A stretch of 56,829 nucleotides of DNA, the filler included, from Sphacelaria rigidula (Eukaryota), in the NCBI GenBank assembly GCA_964200075.2. It is 7 parts of 7 records of this genome, joined end to end, with 100 filler letters (N's around TTAATTAATTAA, not from the genome) between each part and the next. Parts side by side here need not be neighbours in the genome. Positions count along the whole stretch, not along the records: positions 1 to 8,034 come from CAXNAA020012562.1; positions 8,135 to 16,167 come from CAXNAA020012563.1; 5 more parts are not named here. One strand, given 5' to 3'. Under the pieces are notes generated by a model, which did no database searches, was not told the origin of the DNA, and saw nothing but the letters and a program-made list of their open reading frames with translations. Shown here piece after piece: positions 1-11,500 of the stretch. The translations under genes were made by a program, and so were the position numbers. How positions within the stretch are numbered: the first letter of the stretch is position 1; each line of letters opens with the position of its first letter.

Positions 1-60
1 CTCCTTGCCTGTGTTGATTTGTTCAGGCGTTTGTCGGTCGTTGTGGTGGTGTGGGTGGGT

Positions 61-66
61 GGGGGG

Positions 67-108
<42 letters not shown>

Positions 109-225
109 GCTCATCATGATTTGCATGCTATAGTCATTAGACCACTGACCTCGCATCCCTGAAACGTGGGACGGAGCACGCCGGGTTTTCGCCAGACCAG
201 GCGCGCAATTAATCAACAGACGCGA
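61..225 (-). mobile_element. 3' end of a C-tailed LINE-related element (family B-like) with a long poly(C) tail (poly-G on + strand)
   Basis: Reverse complement reads CGTGCTCCGTCCCACGTTTCAGGGATGCGAGGTCAGTGGTCTAATGACTATAGCATGCAAATCATGATGAGCA-C(n). It aligns by eye to 16517-16640 and 32805-32925. Confidence 0.65.
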
Positions 226-392
226 AGAGTTTTCGGGGGAGGGGAAAAAAACTCGTTCATGAAGGCCCTCACGGGCTGCCCATATTCGCGTAGGGTTATA
301 ATTCAGAACATCGGGGAGTCGCAGGGAATGTGATAGCATTCCACTATACATATTCAACTTTCGCAACAAAAACGAAATGAGGAGCAATGCTA

Positions 393-654
393 CGATAGGG
401 GTTGCACTTTTCGTTTCTGGGACTCTCCTTCTTGCAGGAGCACACCTATATGGGGCATATTGTGCACAACTCAAATCCCCGCAGACTGGATTCCCACAAA
501 TATGGCGTTTCGCACGCAAGGGGCCTTTTCGTGAATCAGCATCATTTTCAGGGTTTTTTTCAAGTGAAAATGATGCCGATTGACAAAATGACCCGTCCAA
601 CACCCCGAGCAGCCCCGAGAAAGATTTTCGATAAAAAACGTGCAGCCCCTACCG
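393..654. mobile_element. Tc1/mariner-type MITE (TA TSD)
   Basis: TA|CGATAGGGGTTGCACTTTT ... AAAACGTGCAGCCCCTACCG|TA imperfect TIRs. A related terminus occurs at 16321-16337 and 40501-40510. Confidence 0.7.
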
Positions 655-1111
655 TAGAATCCCTCTGCGATGACGAACAATGATGCATCCAGGATACCAT
701 TAGGGTTCGATTCCAGCCAGTTGCGCGCTCGGGCCAACGTATCTGATTATCGTCGTTGAATGGTTGAATAAGCGTGAGGACGCGAGTAGCGGTGATCGCT
801 TGTGTGGATGAGTTCGTTCTGACGAGAGTTTGATGCGGTGCGCAGGTGCTGGTCATGATCCAACCAACGAGACCAAAATGCTAGGTGGTTCCAATGATTC
901 CTTGAGACTATCAGACGACGGACTCGTCCCGAGAAAATAGAGGGGTTGAAAGCATGATGGAAAACAATATGCATATGTATATATATATATAAATATAAAA
1001 ACATGGGGTGTGCTCTACTGCAACATGTTTATTTTCAATAGGCAGCAGGAGCCTGTCGATGTTGTCGCTGCCGTTGTTGTCGTTGTTGTCGTTGTTGCCG
1101 TTTTCCCCGCG

Positions 1112-1882
1112 TCACCTACATTGCGTGTGCCCTCCTCCGTTATTTTCACATCTTTTTTCTTCTTCTACCATTTCCCTCCATTTTCCCTTGGCGAGTGCTC
1201 CGTTTTTTTTTCCCCTCTGTACCACGGGTAACGTACACACATCTATCTTGTAACCGACTGACTACGACTGGAGGATAATTCATAGCGGATCAGTTACCGT
1301 GCCATAATCAATCCATCAACCAACCATGCAGTTTTTTATCATGTCCAGTCGGACGTTTCAAGGATCACGAGTACGCCCAGACACTCACAAGACCGTCTGA
1401 TGTGTCCTCTTCCGAACTCCCCACGATCCCGGCGTCTGCATTGGCCGTAACGACAGCACCACCATCACCATGTCGTTTTCCAGCCTGTGATGCGGGGATC
1501 GACCTTAGGTAGTGATGCAACGAGAGGGCGAGGTGGGGAGGATGGGGAGGGGGGGGGGTGACTCTTGTGTTGCTTGCCATCTGACCATTCACCACGCATA
1601 CGCTTTGAAACGGAGCAAGGGGAGGGAACAATGAATGGAATACGGTTCGTGTGGTTCGAAGAGGAGCAGATTCCATGCAGCGCAGTGCAGTGCAGTGCAG
1701 TGCAGTGTAGTGGCGAAAAAACGTTTTCCAGTTTACACACAGTTGCCAAGAGATGAGATGATATGATGATGATGATGATGACGATGCAAGGCACACGATG
1801 ACCGTGCACATACTTTGGACTCGTGTTTCATCAGCGTTTTCGCCACAAGGCTTGACAAAGCCACCGGCACGGGCGAGAACGT
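1112..1882 (-). CDS. Possible 3' exons of an unknown low-complexity protein (exons 1882-1814, 1484-1389, 1216-1112)
   Basis: Three segments with AG acceptors and GTATGT/GTGAGT donors splice in phase 0 to TFSPVPVALSSLVAKTLMKHESK|AGKRHGDGGAVVTANADAGIVGSSEEDTSDGL|RGKKNG...CR*. No recognisable homology. Confidence 0.3.
1545..1616 (-). mobile_element. Degenerate mini-copy of the family A LINE 3' end with C tail
   Basis: GGGGGGGGTGACTCTTGTGTTGCTTGCCATCTGACCATTCACCACGCATACGCTTTGAAACGGAGC resembles 15529-15600. Confidence 0.55.
1676..1790. repeat. (TGCAG)n pentamer and (ATG)n microsatellites
   Basis: Directly visible TGCAG tandem run at 1676-1710 and GAT/ATG run at ~1760-1785. Confidence 0.85.
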
Positions 1883-1932
1883 CTACTGTGTTGCACAGAA
1901 ATAGCACCACAAGGCTGTACAACCAACGTTTT

Positions 1933-2056
1933 CAACGGTCGGACAAATAACGATTCGTCCGAAAATAACCTGCTTGCAGTGTGATTGATTCGTTCTACAC
2001 GAATCAATTTTCGGGCGTTGTTTTTCAGCGTTGCACCTCAGGGAAGCACGTGGAAT
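1933..2056. mobile_element. Partial third copy of the hAT-type MITE family at 4187/17511
   Basis: CAACGGTCGGACAAATAACGATTCGTCC...ATTGATTCGTTCTACACGAATCAAT...TTTTCAGCGTTGCA aligns to 17511-17645. Right end not found. Confidence 0.6.
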
Positions 2057-2627
2057 ATAACGAAAAAGTAGCAACTATATGCTTTTGTACATACATCGAT
2101 TCACGTGTAGACTTGTGGAAATCCCGTATTTGGCCTTTTTGGCCTGTTCCAGCCCGCGTACAATGTAACCGATTTTTTTCACTACTATGGTTTACTATTT
2201 CGAGTCGTACGTACATATTTTTGCGTATGTTCTATTTCTCCTTGACGTTTGTGGGAAGAACCCTGCCCTGCCTTGCGCCGTGCTCTTGTCATGTTCATTG
2301 GTGTATTTTCATGATTATTATTATTACCCTACTTATTATTAGCGTTTTGTCTCTCCGCTGTATACTGGAACCAAATCAATCGTGTCCGTTTTTTCCATGC
2401 TTTACCCAAGTCAAAAAATTATCCCTCGGAATAGTATTTTTGAACAGACGCTCTTCTTGTGTCCGACGCCCCCTTCCCGTCCGTACTTTTTCCACAACGC
2501 CACAGCTCATACGCACACATACACAGATGAACCACCGCCAGCGGCAAAAAACAAGATATCATGCAGCGGAAAGACTAAGCCCATCGCTCTTGCTCGACAA
2601 AAGCACACAAGAAAAGTATTGACCCTA

Positions 2628-3171
2628 CAGTAGTGGGCGGGCTGACTAATCATTTTGTGGCATTTTGTTATTTTTTCGTAATTGGCGATAACCTCTTTTC
2701 GCTTGCCACCCCTTATCACATCGGGAATCTCAAGATGTTTGTATCCGCTCCACATTCCAAGAAAAAAAATCGTATCTACTCAATACTGAGTGACTCACGG
2801 GCTGACTGGTCATCGGGGGTCTTGCCACCTTTCAGCCCAGATGTTTACTCTTCTGTATTTACGGTCGATTGAGCCCGTCCCGATCATATTTGCCAAGAAA
2901 TGTACAGTTTTATATTTTTGGAATTCTGCCTACTCAGTGCACCAGGGCCGAAAAACTGTGTTTCACGGTCAACAACACCCTCCTGATGAACGGGGTATTC
3001 ACTCGTTTCGCTCGATAACACCAACTAAGACTGACTTGGACACTGTGTTTCGAAGATGTTCTATTTTTCTGTACCAAAATATATTGACGCTAGCAATTCC
3101 GAGTTCTATCGAAGAGTAGTAAGTGAGGGAAACCCCGAAACACCCCTTAATAGTTAGACCGCCCACTACTG
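2628..3171. mobile_element. Tc1/mariner-type MITE, CAGTAGTGGGCGG family copy 1
   Basis: TA|CAGTAGTGGGCGGGCTGACTA ... TAGTTAGACCGCCCACTACTG|TA. The body is homologous to 47124-47569. Confidence 0.85.
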
Positions 3172-3792
3172 TAATATCTTCCTTGAAGGACAAAAAAAAC
3201 GACTCTTAATATTATTTTCACACCAACTATAATGCCGGAGCGTGCTCGCATTTCATTGCGTTGTGTGCTTCGAGCCCGCATGCACCCACTGGGTTATAAC
3301 CCTTTTCAGGGCACGTCCCGCGCTCAGCGGAAAAAAACGGATGATGGCCTTTTTCTCCTGCAGGTTTTGACGGTCAAGTTGAAAAGCACTTGAAAAAAAC
3401 GATCAACCCCGGAATGTCTCAGTGGTGTGAGAGTGTATGTGGCGTCTGAATAGGAAGAGCTCCACCTTAACGCACGATTTCTCCATGTCAAGGATATAGC
3501 CTTAAACCAAGTGTATTCCAAGAAACGAAGAAAAAGGGGCGATGGTTGGTAAAAAGTCGCTGAATAGCCCGGACACTTTTCGGAGGTTAGCAATCCCCCC
3601 GCGTTTTTTTAGCAACCCTAATGCTCATCATGTTAGCCGTGGGTCTGGAAGCTCTTATTTGCTTATACTTCGTACTTACAAAATATGGTTAACGTCGTTC
3701 TCGCTTTTCGCAATTCTGCTCAAAATCACCACGCGTGCGAGAACCGTGGCGTTGGTACCTGCAGCGGTGCTGCCACGTGCGTCAACCGTGGC

Positions 3793-4005
3793 TAATATCA
3801 TTAATATCAATATTAATATTAATATTAATATTATCATTATCATTATCATGATCATGATCATGGTCATGATCATTATCATGATCATGATCATTATCATGAT
3901 CGTGATCATTATCATTATCATTATCATTATCATTATCATTATCATTATCACTATCATTATCATTATCGTTATCATTATTATGATTATTATGATTATTATT
4001 ATTAT
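3793..4005. repeat. Compound ATT/ATC/ATG trinucleotide microsatellite
   Basis: About 210 nt of AAT/ATT/ATC/ATG triplets; produces spurious poly-Ile/Met ORFs. Confidence 0.9.
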
Positions 4006-4186
4006 AGATTGCCCTGCGTCCAGGGTGCTTCCAGTTTCCAATTTCAATTTATTTCGGTGTTCGTGACGTTGCCGTCTCGGATTTCGGTGGTGAAACCGGA
4101 GTGGTCTCGACTGGGCCCCTCTACTCTTAAGTGAAAAGGTCTGCCCGTAACACAAATTTTGTAATTTACACGTGGTATCTATCTTC

Positions 4187-4445
4187 CACGGTTCGGACGA
4201 ATCATCGCCTATTTGAATCACCAAATCCACGATTTCTTAGACCTGATTGCTCATAAGAGAGAAAAAAGTCGATCGCTGGTCAAACAGGTCTCCACGCAAC
4301 GTTTGCGCCATTCCACGTGCCTGGGCTACGCGTACCTGGGTTGCAACGCTGAAAACAAAGCCTAGGGATCGATTCGTACGGTACGAATCAATTACGCTAC
4401 AAATCGAATGCTTTCCAGACGAATCATTGATTCGTCCAACCCTTG
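4187..4445. mobile_element. hAT-type MITE copy 1 (8-bp TSD CTATCTTC)
   Basis: TIRs CACGGTTCGGACGAATCA / TGATTCGTCCAACCCTTG. Perfect CTATCTTC at 4179-4186 and 4446-4453. Reverse-complement homologue at 17511-17768. Confidence 0.85.
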
Positions 4446-5584
4446 CTATCTTCATACGGTAGGCAGTGGAGGGACTGGTGGACTCGTTTTAGTACCAAAA
4501 CGCCCAGGTATTCATCATAATGTAAGTGCCTCGTTTTGTGCCTCGTTCGAACCACGTGTTTCATACTGCCTGTACTGCAGTATAGTTGCGTCCTAACTTT
4601 TCCTAACAAAAGCTACGCTTCCCGCGCGTCGTACACACTTCATGATAACCAGAGCATGAAGGTGGTGTACATATACTGCATATCAGCTTTTGAACTGGTA
4701 CGGTATTTACTATTTGGTACAACACGCAGCATGCGGGGGGTTTTATCGAAAAAGAACTGGTACACCACAATCCAAGTGCAACAAAGATGGACTCGCTGTC
4801 ATCTCTTCTGCGTGTTTTCGAATAAAGCGTGATGAAACATGAGCACTACCGTGACGGGCTGCAACAGGGGAGTACAGCGTTTTACGCACAACGCGCTGGC
4901 ACGATGTCGACAACACGGAAAACGTTAGCGCGCGTGCTGCTCGAAAATAACGCTCTCCGCATGTATTTTAAGCCAATGGCTTTTATTGAATTCAATGCAG
5001 AGGTCATCCTAGGGGTGTGGAGCTGACACTACTGTGTATCAATCGCATCGTGAGGCATTCGGCGGTACTACCTGCTCACTGCATAGCGGTAGGGTGCAGG
5101 GTGACAAAGCACACCGCAGGACGTGACATGCTTAGCCTATTCCTGTCCTGCATTGATTTCGCGTTGTCCTATGCAGCTCGCAACATCATGAACGCAGCCG
5201 CTTGTATCTGCGGCAAACGTGTAGGCGGGGTATCACGCCACACGCTACAGTATATTACTACGTAACATTTCTAAAGCTATCCGTGTTGCAGCTGCAGTGT
5301 GCGTTTCCCCCAGGTGGCGCACGAAGGAGTCAAAGGCCACCTCCGCCGCGGTCATGGCTGCCTGCATCTTGGGCGAAGCTGAACGGTAACACAGCCGTGG
5401 CTGGTGCGCCCACATGTACCGAAAGGTGGAGACAGGCGTCCAGAATAGATGGGACGACAGCACACACAACACACTGTACGCACTACACTTCCAATATCGT
5501 ATTCGTACTGACTGTAGAAATCATTTGTCCACGGTTGGGTACATTTCCATATATAATGCAGGATCCGGTATGTTTCCACCTGTA

Positions 5585-6557
5585 CACGCTGGGCCGCCCA
5601 AGAAGCTCACTTTCCTTCAGCCCGCCGTTCTAACTCACGATGTATCACGAGTTGTGCCCACTATGACACATCGTGGTGATCGGAAAATCAGCGTGCGTCT
5701 TCAAATCCATGTCGCACTGCGATCCGACAAGGTCTCGTCAAACAAAATGCCAAACTGTGATCAAATGCGAAAGTGTGGGGAGTTGAGGGTACCACACGTG
5801 CTGCGGAATTAGCCAAACGAAAACGGCTGAGATTGGATCTTCGGGTACAGTCAGTTTTGTGCCGCGTGGTACCGCACAAGCTGTGGCACAATTCCCGAGC
5901 TCAATACTCAGTCGTTTTCGATGAAAAATCGACATGATGTACAGGAAGTATGTGCAAACACCTCTCCGTTCCTCCCATGTGTTATTTTTCTTTTCATCGT
6001 GAGTTATTGGCGACGGAACATTTCGGAACAGTTTTTCGGAACAAAATTGCTAATAGCTCACGCAGAAAAACAAAAAGAAACATAGGAGAAAAGGTTCGGT
6101 ATTTGCACATATGTCCTGTGCATCGTGTCAAAATTTCATCGAAAACAGCTTGAAATTGAACAGCATAAATGCGTTCGAATTCTTAGTAACCGGTCAACCT
6201 CCATATACTATAGTGACCGCTTGTCGACGGAATGACACATTTCCCGCGCTCAATTTCGATCGTTTTCGATGAAATTTTGACACGATGTACAGGACGTATG
6301 TGCGAACGCACCCCACCTTCCATCTCCTGTTTTGTTTTTTCTCCGTGAGTTATTGACGAAGGAACATTTCAGAACAGTTTTTCCCGGAACAAAATTGCCA
6401 ATAACTCACGAACAAACAAAAAAAACAGGGGATGGAAGGTGAGGTGTTCGCACATACGTCCTGTACATCGTGTCAAAATTTCATCGAAAACGATCCAAAA
6501 TTTAGCGAAGAAAATGCGTTCCAACATTCCTGGTGGCTTCTTGGGCGGCCCAGCCTG
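5585..6557. mobile_element. Tc1/mariner-type non-autonomous element containing two tandem foldback units
   Basis: TA|CACGCTGGGCCGCCCAAGAAGC ... GCTTCTTGGGCGGCCCAGCCTG|TA (21/22 TIR match). Internal palindromic units at ~5900-6160 and ~6250-6505. Confidence 0.8.
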
Positions 6558-6780
6558 TATCACGCAACGACACGAGACGTTCCCGGCACTCAATGTAGTA
6601 CAATAACATCATCGCTAAAACTTCGCCAGTCGACCAGCGGCGGTGCCGTGCATCACCAGGTCGGTCTGCAGTTCACAGCGATATGCTCAAGTCGAGCTGA
6701 TTTGGTAAACTTGGCGAGTTATGGTAGAACATGCAGATGCGGGATGTACTGTTGGCCCAGCTCTGTACACTACTGTACAA

Positions 6781-7076
6781 CAAGGCTTGTTAGTTAACCG
6801 GCGTTGGGCTACAATTGTCCGGTTGACAAATTTTACAAGTATCGCGGCCCCTAATCCTAACCCCAACCCAGCGCATACCGAGAACCCTCGAGCAAGGGGG
6901 GTACATAGCATTCCCAAGGCAAAGTGCGGCCTTGGTAGACCCCAAATCAACGACAACCCGTTTTGCGCACGACAGGAGCAACCTACTGAAGATCCTATTC
7001 TGATTCTGTAGACTCAAATCAAGTAATGTGTCGACCATGAACATTTGTAGCCCTACGCCGGTTAACTAAACACCTG
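6781..7076. mobile_element. TIR element/MITE with internal telomere-like motif
   Basis: Inverted repeats 6790-6818 and 7041-7069 (27/29). CCCTAATCCTAACCCCAACCC at 6849-6869. TSD not resolved. Confidence 0.65.
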
Positions 7077-7342
7077 TTACATAAAAACACAAATAATATC
7101 GACTGTCAGCAGTAGACCGAAGGGTAAAAACCGGTCAGGGGTTCTTCGGCACTTTTTACTACATAGGAGGGCGTCAAAATATCCGGAGGCTCGGTCTACG
7201 CGTGCGTAGACCAGAGCCGAAGGCGATATGCGACCCTTCCGCCCGCGTAGGGCCCTTCCCGCAGTGGCAAAATTCGGCCTATACTTTCGAAATACTCTCC
7301 AAAATCAGTCAAAACATGGTTTTAGCACGTGGTAAAACCTGT

Positions 7343-7812
7343 CTACTTCGTATGTATCGAAAAGTAAAAGTTGTTGAAAAGTGCTTTTTTGGCCCTTCTC
7401 CGTCGTTTTTTTCCCCACAAGAGGGCTAGGCGGATGTGGACACCACGGAATGGCTTGCTTTACTTGCTGAGACCGTTCAGGGCACCTCTGCGTTTTTTGT
7501 AGGTCACAGTTTCGTTCTTGGCCAAAAAATCATTTTCAACAACAAACGGTCAAGTCAAGCTATCGAAAAACAGGGGGAAAACTGCCATTTTTTTAATAGC
7601 TCGACCGTTTAGTATTGAAAATGCACTTTTTGCCAGGGACGAAACTGTGACCTGCAGAAAACGCAAGGGTGCTGTGAAATGATCTCAGCGAGTAGAGCAA
7701 GTTATTTCAAGGTGCACACATCCGCCAAGCCATCTTTTGGGGACAAAAACTGCGGAGAAGGGTCAAAAAAGCACTTTTCAACAACTTTTACTGTTCGATA
7801 CATAAGAAGTAG
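7343..7812. repeat. ~470-bp imperfect palindrome (foldback element)
   Basis: CTACTTCGTATGTATCGAAAAGTAAAAGTTGTTGAAAAGTGCTTTTTTG pairs with CAAAAAAGCACTTTTCAACAACTTTTACTGTTCGATACATAAGAAGTAG, and pairing continues to a centre near 7575. Confidence 0.8.
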
Positions 7813-8034
7813 CCTAAGTGGTTTGACGTTGTTTGACGCACAAAATTAGTACATATAGAAGAGAGCAATATGAACAAGGCACGGGATGTTGTGCGTAAAT
7901 GGACGAAAATTGTCCGGATGCTGCACGTGAAAAGACCCCCCCAATTTTTTTGTCGCCTTCGGCGACAACGAGGCCGCACATAATTCCTATACCTGAGGGA
8001 GATAGCGCCAATACTAAAATCTCTATGAAACTCC

Positions 8035-8134
8035 NNNNNNNNNNNNNNNNNNNNNNNNNNNNNNNNNNNNNNNNNNNNTTAATTAATTAANNNNNNNNNN
8101 NNNNNNNNNNNNNNNNNNNNNNNNNNNNNNNNNN
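8035..8134. other. Artificial contig linker (N44-TTAATTAATTAA-N44); identical linkers at 16168-16267, 24301-24400, 32434-32533, 40566-40665, 48698-48797
   Basis: Exactly 100 nt each, carrying a six-frame stop 12-mer. Intervening segments fall from 8034 to 8032 nt in descending order. Confidence 0.97.
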
Positions 8135-8503
8135 CTCCCTCCCCGCCCCCCCCTCTTCCGCTCTCCATGGCACGCATTAACATGAGTCCCCCCCCCCCCC
8201 CCCGCCCTCAAACCAACCCAAAAGTGTCACGAAGAAAATGGTCATACAACGCCTGATATTTGGTCTCAGGCTGCAGGAAGCGCCTCATATGGGCGACATA
8301 GGCGTGAAGGAACCCAAGCGTTGGAATTCCCAGCTGCTCGTTGAGCCCGGCTTTTTCATTTCGATTCGCGTGTAGATTTTGCCTCCCCAAACAAGCCACT
8401 TCTTGTGAGGGGGCTATCGTAGAAAGTGTCCGAAGAAGTCAACGTATCTCGCCAAAGCTTACACTACACTGTGCGTCGTGCGTGATACTCCGCGGCGCAT
8501 CAG

Positions 8504-11500
8504 GCAGCTAGTGGCAAGATCAAGCTGGAGTGCAATGCGGTCCATTCCAACCATCTGAGGGTCACAAAGAAGGACCAAGCACTTGTGGGCAAGTGCAAAG
8601 CCGCTCTGACATTGTCTGTACAAAAGGCAAGTGAGGTGCTTTTCACGGCTGGGCACGTGGAGCTGTGTATTGGATGACCTTGCGAGTTGTATAGCCCTAG
8701 CTCTATCGCAAGGATCGAAGATAATGGCGGTGTCGTTTCCGTTGCAGCGGCTGAATATGCCAAGAAGTCAGAGAATGATCTGCTTCACAGTGCCGTATCG
8801 GTGACATATCAGCAATTGAATACATTCGAGTAGAAGGGAGCTGTGCCTAGAATATGGTCTACTGTCGTATTCCACTCGACTCATATTATGTGTTGTTTTC
8901 CCACTCTGCTTGCCGGAGAAACAGTTCTCATATGTCCTCGCCATATTTGTGCAAATGTCCCTGCGTGTCCTTCATCAATGCACCTCAGGCAGGTGTCTTG
9001 TTCACCACTGATAAGCTAAGAGCAACCGACGCTCGAGCAACACGGTTAAAGGCACAGTATGAAGACGTCCAAAGGTGGGGGATTTTTACTAGGTAGTGCC
9101 AGTCGTATCTCGTCTGTTCAGATGATTCATGTATGACTACTGTACAGAAGTCGGGCTAGGAAACAGATGCAGAAAATATGCAAGAATCGTATAAAGTACT
9201 GCCTTTGTGTTTCATCTGTAGTACTTATATTATGACAGCCGGACGTGCTTTTGACCAAAGCAATCACCGGTATCGCCCTATTACATTTTTTTTTTCCGTT
9301 TGTGGTTGAACTGTCACATCTTGAACTTGCACTTATCGCCTGACGCATCGCTGTCCGATTGTTTGTGCATCGACAGCAAGATCGTGGAGCAAGCTGTTGT
9401 TGTGGCTGCGACATATGCACCGGTTTTGTCGTCTGTGGCGCAGGTCAGTTCAACCTACTTCGTGCGATCTCTCTCTTCAAACACAACGCCCCCGCGCCTG
9501 GAGGCTTGCGTTGAACGCGGGCAAGCAGATTATCAAATCGTTCATCAATCATCGTGATCTTTTCGTCTGGCAAAATATGACTGTCATCTGTCTCCTTGCC
9601 GTGTTTGGTGAAGGTGCTTTCCGAGCTCGACGTGCTTTTAGCATTCGCCACGTGCGTCCATGTATGGGACTGGTGCCGACCTCGACTTCTTCCCGTGGGA
9701 AGCCAAGTCGTCGACATAAAAGTGAGAGCCGCGATTTTGGATGTATTACTTACTGTTGCCCGGATTATTGCGTAATCGGAGCGATATGAGCTAAGAACGG
9801 TATGCGTTTCCAGCATACTGCTGTGCCTTGACGTTTTTTTCTTGAGAGCTGAATTCCTCTGTGCTGCGACGTTGTACTGGGCCGAGTAAGCCCCCTCCAC
9901 TTCACGCTAGTCTGACTGGTGAAGTTCCTTGTTTGACCCCGCTGCTTCAGATACCTGTGGGACTAGTGGTGCTCTCTGTGATCGTTTCTGCTCTCGGTGC
10001 TGTTTTTCCTGACCCTCCACAGGATCTGCGCCATCCGAGCGTGGAGGCATCACGGGGTTCTAGCGTTTTTATCCCCAATGACGTGAACATGGAAAACGAC
10101 AGTCGGCTGGCAATCGTCACAGGTACGATCGCCGCGAGCAATTGGAAACACCTACCTTACTTACATTTCATCGCGATACATCAATCGGTCGAAGTTCTGC
10201 TAGATAATCATACTACTCGCGAATGCCAGATGAACTTGACAGTTACAGCCGCAGCGGCAAGTCAAGTCCTCATGGCATCCAAGGTGCATATAAGGTAACC
10301 ATCTCTACTCGCGGGTTGAATATGCAGGGCCCAACATGGCTGGAAAGTCAACGTTCATCCGATCCGTGGGAATCGCATGCCTTCTGGCGCAAATTGGATG
10401 TTTTGTCCCCGCTGCTGAGGCCACGATAACGGTGGTGGACCGAATCTGCGCAAGGTGGGTAACGTACGAGACATTGCTATTGCCGTTAGAAGTTCCTGAT
10501 GAGATTTTGGAGCATCACTAGTTGCATGGAAAACGTCACATGGTTCGTCAGTAGCTTGTTCACAGGACATGACATGCTGTGTCTGCAAGTGGGGTTCACC
10601 CTCGTTTCCTCGTAGGCCGACTCCGACCACACAAACTCGTTCTGGCTAAGCACCGACTACGTTGCATTTCAAATTGGGATTTCCGAACGCTATCCCGTTC
10701 ACATGGCGCGAACACACGCAATTCGTTGTTCTCTTTACCCAAAAGTATAGTAGTAGCAGGAACAAGTGTGCAAGTCGCACCGTGATGAGTGTTGGGTTGA
10801 TTTAAGGGCATTCCCACCCACCGGCATTTACCCTTCCATCCCAGACACATCATTACCTCAATAGCTGCGATTTGTCTCGCGACGGGGGGGGATGAAAAGA
10901 GTATTCACCTGGTGAAGCATGTGGAACGTTAGTCAAGGATATAGACTACTCAACGAGTGCTTTCCTTTGGGCTTCCAACGCCAATATTCGAGGCTACTAA
11001 TCATCAGAAAGCAACTTTGTTCTGTAGCCGGACACCAAGAATTGAGTGGATGTATGTTTCCAAAAGTTTTGAACTTTAGTACGCTGTACAAGCGCGCAAA
11101 GCCCACGCTTTCCCCTCGTGATCGGGACTTTCATACGTGACTCGATCATTCCATGCACACGGTCCAAGTCCGTGTGCTTCACATGACATTAGCGCGCTCA
11201 TGTCAAAATGTACAAATTCGTTTTCATTTCACGTGACCTGTCCGCACTTTCACGCGTGTCTTTCTCACGTGTCTATGTTCCCGAACTGGTTCTAAGATGG
11301 TTACGCGAGGTCTTCATTTGTGCCGTCCGATCCACAGGTGGCCACCGTAGATTCGGGTCGTTTAGAGATGATCACTCGAGCTTTTCCCTTTTGCAGTCCT
11401 GTTTGAAGATTGTCACGTGAGACTTGTGCCCGGTTTGGATATGGACACGGTTGAGTCTGCCTTTCACAAGAAAGCCTTGCTCTCACTCCCTTTGCTGTGC

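Noticed and set aside
700-720. GGTTCGATTCC B-box suggesting a tRNA or SINE
   Set aside because: No A-box at the proper distance and no cloverleaf.
653-742. Apparent minus-strand exon TLARARNWLESNPNGILDASLFVIAEGFY
   Set aside because: Its donor is the terminus of the 393-654 MITE, and removing the MITE creates a stop codon. No homology recognised.
1465-1610. MORN-like peptides GEWSDGKQH / GKRHGDG
   Set aside because: The first derives from the LINE 3'-end mini-copy. The second is isolated, with no repeat periodicity.
3542-4230. Long poly-Ile/Met ORFs on both strands
   Set aside because: They are translations of a trinucleotide microsatellite.
8079-8090. Periodic TTAATTAATTAA motif every ~8.13 kb
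   Set aside because: Assembly spacer embedded in Ns, not biological.
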